A stretch of DNA of 20,000 bases from IMG/VR virus record IMGVR_UViG_3300026408_000032; one strand, written 5' to 3'. Within the stretch, counting starts at the first letter, position 1; each line of letters opens with the position of its first letter. The position numbers were made by a program, and so were the translations under genes. This DNA is from an uncultured virus (IMG/VR IMGVR_UViG_3300026408_000032) (lineage: Duplodnaviria; Heunggongvirae; Uroviricota; Caudoviricetes). The notes under the pieces are model-generated. The model did not search any database and had not been told where the DNA came from. It worked only from the letters and a program-made list of their open reading frames with translations. Positions 15,469 to 20,000 of the stretch are shown piece after piece.

Positions 15469-16152
15469 ATGAAGCACCCTTTGTTTCCCGAGGGCTGCCC
15501 GTTGGAGATCAACGACCATGTGAATCTGTTCCGAAAGAACCACACTTGGACTGGTCATCTTCTGAGGCGGCTCGGCACCAATCCAACTCAAGAGAAATTT
15601 GTAGCAATGGAGCACGATCTAAAAACTGTCGCCCTTCATGCCTTCGAGTACGCACTGCCATTCGACAAGAGCGTGAAGTTCACTGCGGTCGGCATCAGGT
15701 TGGTCTCGAAGGAAGACGTCGGGTACGACCGAGTAGCAATTATTCCGACTGAAGTTCTCATTCCCATGTGTCGCGCTGGAATGCCTCTGCGCTGGTATCT
15801 GGCTAGAAACGATTATCCCAATTTGTTCCTGTACTGGCAGACCGCAGACGTGAAGTCGAAAAAGCGGATTTGCACGTCCGTACCCCGTCTATTGTTCAAT
15901 GGTCCGACAGACAGACACGTTAGGCCAATCTGGTCGCCGCTCCTCTTGCATCCCAAGGCGTGGGTCGTTCGAAAGAGCAAGCGACAGGGCAAGCCAAACA
16001 GAGACGATCTACCGGCGCTTCTGCGTCTTCACAAAATCTATCATGAGCGCGTGAAGGGCCACTCTTGGTCCCCTCTGCGCGACGCTGAGAAGGTCTTGGT
16101 GCGACCGGAGGCGATCAACTTCGAGCACTACTGTACTCCGTCGAAGCGGTGA
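15469..16152 (+). CDS. Hypothetical protein
   Basis: 227 aa ORF between the recombinase terminator and the promoter repeats; no recognised motif. Confidence 0.7.
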   Translation: MKHPLFPEGCPLEINDHVNLFRKNHTWTGHLLRRLGTNPTQEKFVAMEHDLKTVALHAFEYALPFDKSVKFTAVGIRLVSKEDVGYDRVAIIPTEVLIPMCRAGMPLRWYLARNDYPNLFLYWQTADVKSKKRICTSVPRLLFNGPTDRHVRPIWSPLLLHPKAWVVRKSKRQGKPNRDDLPALLRLHKIYHERVKGHSWSPLRDAEKVLVRPEAINFEHYCTPSKR

Positions 16153-16205
16153 CAAAAGTCGAGAGTGTGGTGGCGCGACCTGCCGCCCCTCTCGAAGTGC
16201 TCCCC

Positions 16206-16277
16206 AATTGTCACCCACTTAAGGAAATACAATTGTCACTCACTTAAGGAAGAGGATTGTCCCCACCTAAAGGAATA
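16206..16277 (+). promoter_or_regulatory. Three tandem 23-bp repeats resembling T3/T7-type single-subunit RNAP promoters
   Basis: AATTGTCACCCACTTAAGGAAAT (16206), AATTGTCACTCACTTAAGGAAGA (16231), GATTGTCCCCACCTAAAGGAATA (16255); 15, 18 and 15 of 23 ungapped matches to T3 AATTAACCCTCACTAAAGGGAGA. Alternative reading: iterons. Confidence 0.65.
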
Positions 16278-16591
16278 GACCAGCTCTCATTGCCGGTCTC
16301 TGCCGATTATTTTTTCTGGCGGACCTATTTTCGTGAGCCAGATTCCGGCCAGACCCGCCGTCCATTGCTCACAGCATTAGGTCTTTGAGTTTATCGGCGG
16401 GACGACCTGAAGCTCTTACTCGCTTCGCTCGCGCTTCTACGACCATCCAAGATCGCCTTCTCATCAGCACACTCGAAGCCTCGCTGCGAAAACGCTCAGG
16501 GGACTTGAAGTTGTGCGCAGAGACGTCGCTTCCTCGATTTCAAAATAAGGGTACGATTTCCTAATAGGCACCCTAACCGCGAGCAAACGCT

Positions 16592-16640
16592 AAAATTGTG
16601 CAGTTCTCCATATAAGACCTATAGGCAGATGCACAAATTT
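16592..16640. repeat. AT-rich inverted repeat in the putative origin region
   Basis: AAAATTGTGCA (16592-16602) / TGCACAAATTT (16630-16640), one mismatch, 27-nt spacer. Confidence 0.6.
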
Positions 16641-16808
16641 CAATTCTCTCCTGTTGGCCTGATTTGATTGGTCTCCCGGCGCAGCCGCTCAAGGCGAGCT
16701 TGGGACCTGTCGCCAGTAGGTTTTAGGCACCTACTTCAAACAATCCCAGACGGCACTCGCGAAGTTCGCTTCGTGAGGTGAGCCCGTCGCATCTCATGGA
16801 AACAACCA

Positions 16809-18815
16809 ATGGACTTTTTGCAGACGGCTAACGCCGCCTATTCGACCACGCTTGCCACGCTCTCAGATCGCGGAATGCGTCCGACATCACAGCACAGTCG
16901 TGCCCTTCACTCGCTATTGGGCACAATGTCCTACATCTTCCAAGGCAGGAGCCCAAAGACTGCTTCTCTGTCTTCGCTGTCGCCGGGTATGGCAAAGACC
17001 ACTGCACTCGTTTCGTTCATCAATCACATTACAGCGAATCCCGGCGAGACAACCGAAGACGGCCACAAGTTCTCAGATGTCGGTATTCTCGTTTGCATCA
17101 ATACGCTTGACGAAATCGAGGCGTTCGCTTCTCAGCTCGACCCTGCAAGACTGTGCGTGTGGGTAGGTCGTGAAGGCGAACTTGAACAACGCTGTGCCGC
17201 TCTCGGCAAGATCACCAAGCCGACAGACGCTCAGATACTCGTCACAACACATCGCCGCATAGAGATCGAACTGAACACTGCGGACGGTCTCAGAGACTTC
17301 GGGGATGCGTCGAGCCTAGCCTTCCAGGGAGAGCTGCGTCGTCTAAAAGTTTGGGACGAGGTCTTTCTGATGGGGACGCCGGTCGTCTTACCTCTGAAAG
17401 AACTTCGCCGCGCTGCCCCGTACTTGCGAGAGTTTGATGCAGAAGCCGGTAACACGTTGGACTTCGCTGCAAAGATCGCTCACCACCTGATAGAAGCTGG
17501 CAACGACAGCGTCGCTTGGACGTTTACAGACGTATGGCGCAAGCACAAGCTCGACCTCGAAGCAATCATTGAGCATCTCAGGCGAGACCGCAAGATTACC
17601 GATGGCCACCTAGAGTCACTCACCGACATCTTCAAGGCGGTCGAGTACATCTCTGGTCGCAAGGTAATCATCCGGTCAGACGGGAATGCTGTTGGTAACT
17701 CCGTGCTCACATACGAGCCAACAATTCCGCAGTCGTTTCTGCCAGTAGTGATCTTAGACGCATCAGGTCGCAAGGGCATCAGACGCACTTACGACAACAT
17801 GGTCGCGGACAAGAAACTACACCGTCTCGAACCAGAGGTACCCAAGTCCTACAAGAACTTCGCCATCGACGTCTGGCACAAGGGTGGGGGCAAAGCGTCA
17901 TTCATCAGTAACTTTCAGCATCGCGTTGAGGGCATTGCAAAGTGGATCGTCGCTCGCGTTCCAGATGGCGAGAGATGCCTTGTCATTCAGCACTTGCCAG
18001 ACGGCCTCAGTGCTGGACAGCAAAGGGAGAAGCGTAAGAAGTACTTCCGACCTGTCATGCCAGACCTGTCTGCTGCGTTGGTTGCTTATCTTCAAACGCA
18101 TCACCCTATGTTCGACGTGGATCGTCTCGCTTTTACGACGTGGGGGCAGCATCGCGGCCAGAACAAGTGGTCTGACTACGGGGCAGTGGTCGCAGCAGGA
18201 ACACTCTTCAAGCCCGACAGCGTTTATGAAGCTACCTATCGCCTCTCTCGTCGCTTCAAGCCCGAGCGTGGTCTGCTCAAACAGCACTCGTTATCAGACT
18301 TCAAAATCGGTGAGTACGCCGACGACCTGCTGCAAGGGCTAGGTCGCATCAGAATACGGAAAGCATACCGAGGCGACTCGACAGTTTGTCCACCCGCTGT
18401 TGCGCTCGTGGTCGCTTCGACAAGCTCGAAGATACCTGAGCACCTCGGTCAGTGGTTTCCAGAGGCTCAAGTTCGGCAAGTGGTCTTGATGCCCGAAGCA
18501 GACATCGACGGCACTGCTGGTCGAGTGTTCGCGTACCTAAACAACTGGCACAAGCGGTCGGCTGTCGGAGCGTTTCTCAAGTTCAGAGACATTCAAGCTG
18601 CACTTGGGGTTAGCTCCAAGGACTTCCGACAGAACGTGCTGCGTAACAAGACACTCGAAGCGAAGTTACTGGAAATGAAGATCGTCAAGTTCTTCAAAGA
18701 CGCGAGTTCGAAGTATGCGCAGGGCTGGCAAATCACTTCGATCATCGACAGCACTCGTGAGCAACTCGCAGACGAGCGTTCTTCGTGCGCGTCTGTCTAT
18801 GGCTTCGCAGCGTAA
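16809..18815 (+). CDS. Divergent SF2 helicase-like protein with C-terminal wHTH; putative replication/origin-binding protein
   Basis: Motif I SPGMAKTT, Ia ILVCINT, Ib ILVTTH, II KVWDE, III ILDAS, V RGQN, VI QGLGRIRIR; C-terminal FRDIQAALGVSSKDF. Confidence 0.75.
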   Translation: MDFLQTANAAYSTTLATLSDRGMRPTSQHSRALHSLLGTMSYIFQGRSPKTASLSSLSPGMAKTTALVSFINHITANPGETTEDGHKFSDVGILVCINTLDEIEAFASQLDPARLCVWVGREGELEQRCAALGKITKPTDAQILVTTHRRIEIELNTADGLRDFGDASSLAFQGELRRLKVWDEVFLMGTPVVLPLKELRRAAPYLREFDAEAGNTLDFAAKIAHHLIEAGNDSVAWTFTDVWRKHKLDLEAIIEHLRRDRKITDGHLESLTDIFKAVEYISGRKVIIRSDGNAVGNSVLTYEPTIPQSFLPVVILDASGRKGIRRTYDNMVADKKLHRLEPEVPKSYKNFAIDVWHKGGGKASFISNFQHRVEGIAKWIVARVPDGERCLVIQHLPDGLSAGQQREKRKKYFRPVMPDLSAALVAYLQTHHPMFDVDRLAFTTWGQHRGQNKWSDYGAVVAAGTLFKPDSVYEATYRLSRRFKPERGLLKQHSLSDFKIGEYADDLLQGLGRIRIRKAYRGDSTVCPPAVALVVASTSSKIPEHLGQWFPEAQVRQVVLMPEADIDGTAGRVFAYLNNWHKRSAVGAFLKFRDIQAALGVSSKDFRQNVLRNKTLEAKLLEMKIVKFFKDASSKYAQGWQITSIIDSTREQLADERSSCASVYGFAA

Positions 18816-18867
18816 CTCTCTCAATACCCAAACGATCAACGAAAGGTATTCACAACGAGGACACACA

Positions 18868-19257
18868 ATGAACCTCAAGAAATTCACTCAATCTGAACGG
18901 ACACTGAAGCTCGGCAAAGAGCGCGTCCAGTATCACAGCGAGCACCCCGAGACGACTAGAGGCGGCGTTGGTAGCGGTCGCCGTCGATGGGATGGGTCTG
19001 CGCCTAGCTTCACCGACTACGCGGCGATAAAGTATGAGACGTCTACTCAAAGTGTGCAGGCATACCTCGCTCGATATTCTGCTCTCGGTATTGACGTTTT
19101 GAAAGCCGTCATCGGCACGACCTTCGACAGAGGAAGTATGCTAGACACACTTGCTCTTATGCCGCCCGAAGATCGTTTGCCGTACATCAAGCGGCGAGCA
19201 ATCCCTATTCACAAGCGAAAAGATGTCTGCCGAGTTCGGTTTCCAGAAGCGGTCTGA
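18868..19257 (+). CDS. HTH DNA-binding protein resembling the C-terminal half of phage ParB-like proteins
   Basis: ER......Y...HPET..G...SF..YAA.K..TS.QSVQ..LAR...LG.D.L....GT.FD.G..LD.LA pattern; GAGG RBS before ATG 18868. Confidence 0.65.
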   Translation: MNLKKFTQSERTLKLGKERVQYHSEHPETTRGGVGSGRRRWDGSAPSFTDYAAIKYETSTQSVQAYLARYSALGIDVLKAVIGTTFDRGSMLDTLALMPPEDRLPYIKRRAIPIHKRKDVCRVRFPEAV

Positions 19258-19627
19258 GAAGCTCGCTTCGCTCTCTGATAACCCAGCGCCAAGCACGAAG
19301 ACCATAGTAGCTGATTACAACACCGAACTTCACGACAAGTGCAAGCAATCGGCCATCCTGGTCGATCAAGCCATCTCAGAATGGCAAGCACATTACCGCG
19401 TGAAGAACTTCGACACTCCCGAGAATTGGCGCTTCTGGCATCCATACTTCGTCGTTTGCGACAAAGACGGTTTCAGACCCCATGCGGTCGTGCCGCCTGA
19501 CGACCTCGTGGATGTGTTCGTGACGGCTCGGGAACTTCAGTTTTCGGTCTTCGACCTACAAATGCTCTTGACCCCGTTCTCGTCTCAGACAGAGCGGGTC
19601 ATTCAACACCTGAGACGGGCGGCGTAA
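19223..19627 (+). CDS. Hypothetical protein
   Basis: ATG 19223 overlaps the upstream gene; start uncertain. Confidence 0.6.
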   Translation: MSAEFGFQKRSEKLASLSDNPAPSTKTIVADYNTELHDKCKQSAILVDQAISEWQAHYRVKNFDTPENWRFWHPYFVVCDKDGFRPHAVVPPDDLVDVFVTARELQFSVFDLQMLLTPFSSQTERVIQHLRRAA

Positions 19628-19707
19628 GCTGCCCGCTTCATTGCGCTCGCCGTTGCCGCTCTCTAGCAGGGCGGCGAGTTAGCTAACTTCAAAAGGAGAA
19701 CAGCCTA

Positions 19708-20000
19708 ATGGCCGTTCAATCGTTCCAATCGTATGTGCCCCCTTCGACGGATACTTCGTACGGAACAAATACCAATTTCCTTCCCGTTGCTCCCGCTGCC
19801 CGCGATTACTCCAACACAGTCTCGCGAGTTCAGGTGACGGCACCTGACCCAACGAAAGTTGAAATCGGCGGATTCGTCACCACGAAAGAGGCCGCATATG
19901 CTGCTGGTCTCATTTCATTGGACGACGTGCATTCTGGACCTGTCGCCACACAAGAGGGCGCACGGCATGAGATTGCACACCGAGAAGCGGAACAGGTTGC
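19708..20000 (+). CDS. Hypothetical protein, 3' end outside window (MAVQSFQSYVPPST...VEIGGFVTTKEAAYAAGLI...)
   Basis: AAGGAG RBS, ATG 19708, frame open to the end of the window; GC-rich hairpin upstream (19646-19678). Confidence 0.75.
   Translation, partial: MAVQSFQSYVPPSTDTSYGTNTNFLPVAPAARDYSNTVSRVQVTAPDPTKVEIGGFVTTKEAAYAAGLISLDDVHSGPVATQEGARHEIAHREAEQV

Larger units (their letters stand above)
8630..20000. mobile_element. Second integrated island, putative satellite of a T7-like phage (continues right of window)
   Basis: Starts at the tRNA fragment; no housekeeping genes; cargo followed by recombinase, tandem T3/T7-like promoters and helicase-like Rep. Boundaries and unity of the element are inferred. 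Confidence 0.6.

Noticed and set aside
16205..16277. CRISPR mini-array
   Set aside because: The repeats are adjacent with only 1-2 nt between them, so there are no spacers, and no cas genes are present
595..19445. Numerous antisense or alternate-frame ORFs in the track that overlap called genes
   Set aside because: Shadow ORFs expected in GC-rich coding DNA; no motifs or RBS support

Overview
Alphaproteobacterial (probably Hyphomicrobiales-like) chromosomal window holding two adjacent mobile regions joined at a tRNA-Arg(CCG) 3' fragment (~8578-8629). Left part (1-8629): the early/recombination end of a temperate prophage, all on the + strand. It encodes an ERF ssDNA-annealing protein, an Omp25/RopB-type outer-membrane barrel, a ParB-like DGQHR protein with a C-terminal wHTH, a chain of small coupled ORFs, an HNH nuclease, an ABA-sandwich protein, a GapR-like protein, an Xis-like ORF overlapping a tyrosine integrase, and a T5orf172 GIY-YIG gene just before the att site. 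Right part (8630-20000): mixed-strand, membrane-protein-rich cargo (8.9-12.5 kb), then a compact + strand module. That module has DNA-binding proteins, a non-coding tract resembling a T7-like phage genome end, a small catalytic-only tyrosine recombinase with a multi-box palindromic site upstream, three tandem T3/T7-like promoter repeats (best copy 18/23 identical to the T3 consensus), an origin-like intergenic region, an SF2 helicase-like Rep candidate and a ParB-type HTH protein. No RNA polymerase, capsid or terminase gene is visible. My main hypothesis is that the right part is a tRNA-integrated satellite that parasitises a T7-like (Autographiviridae) helper phage, an alphaproteobacterial counterpart of the enterobacterial 'T7 islands'. 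All protein family calls come from reading motifs by eye, not from database searches.
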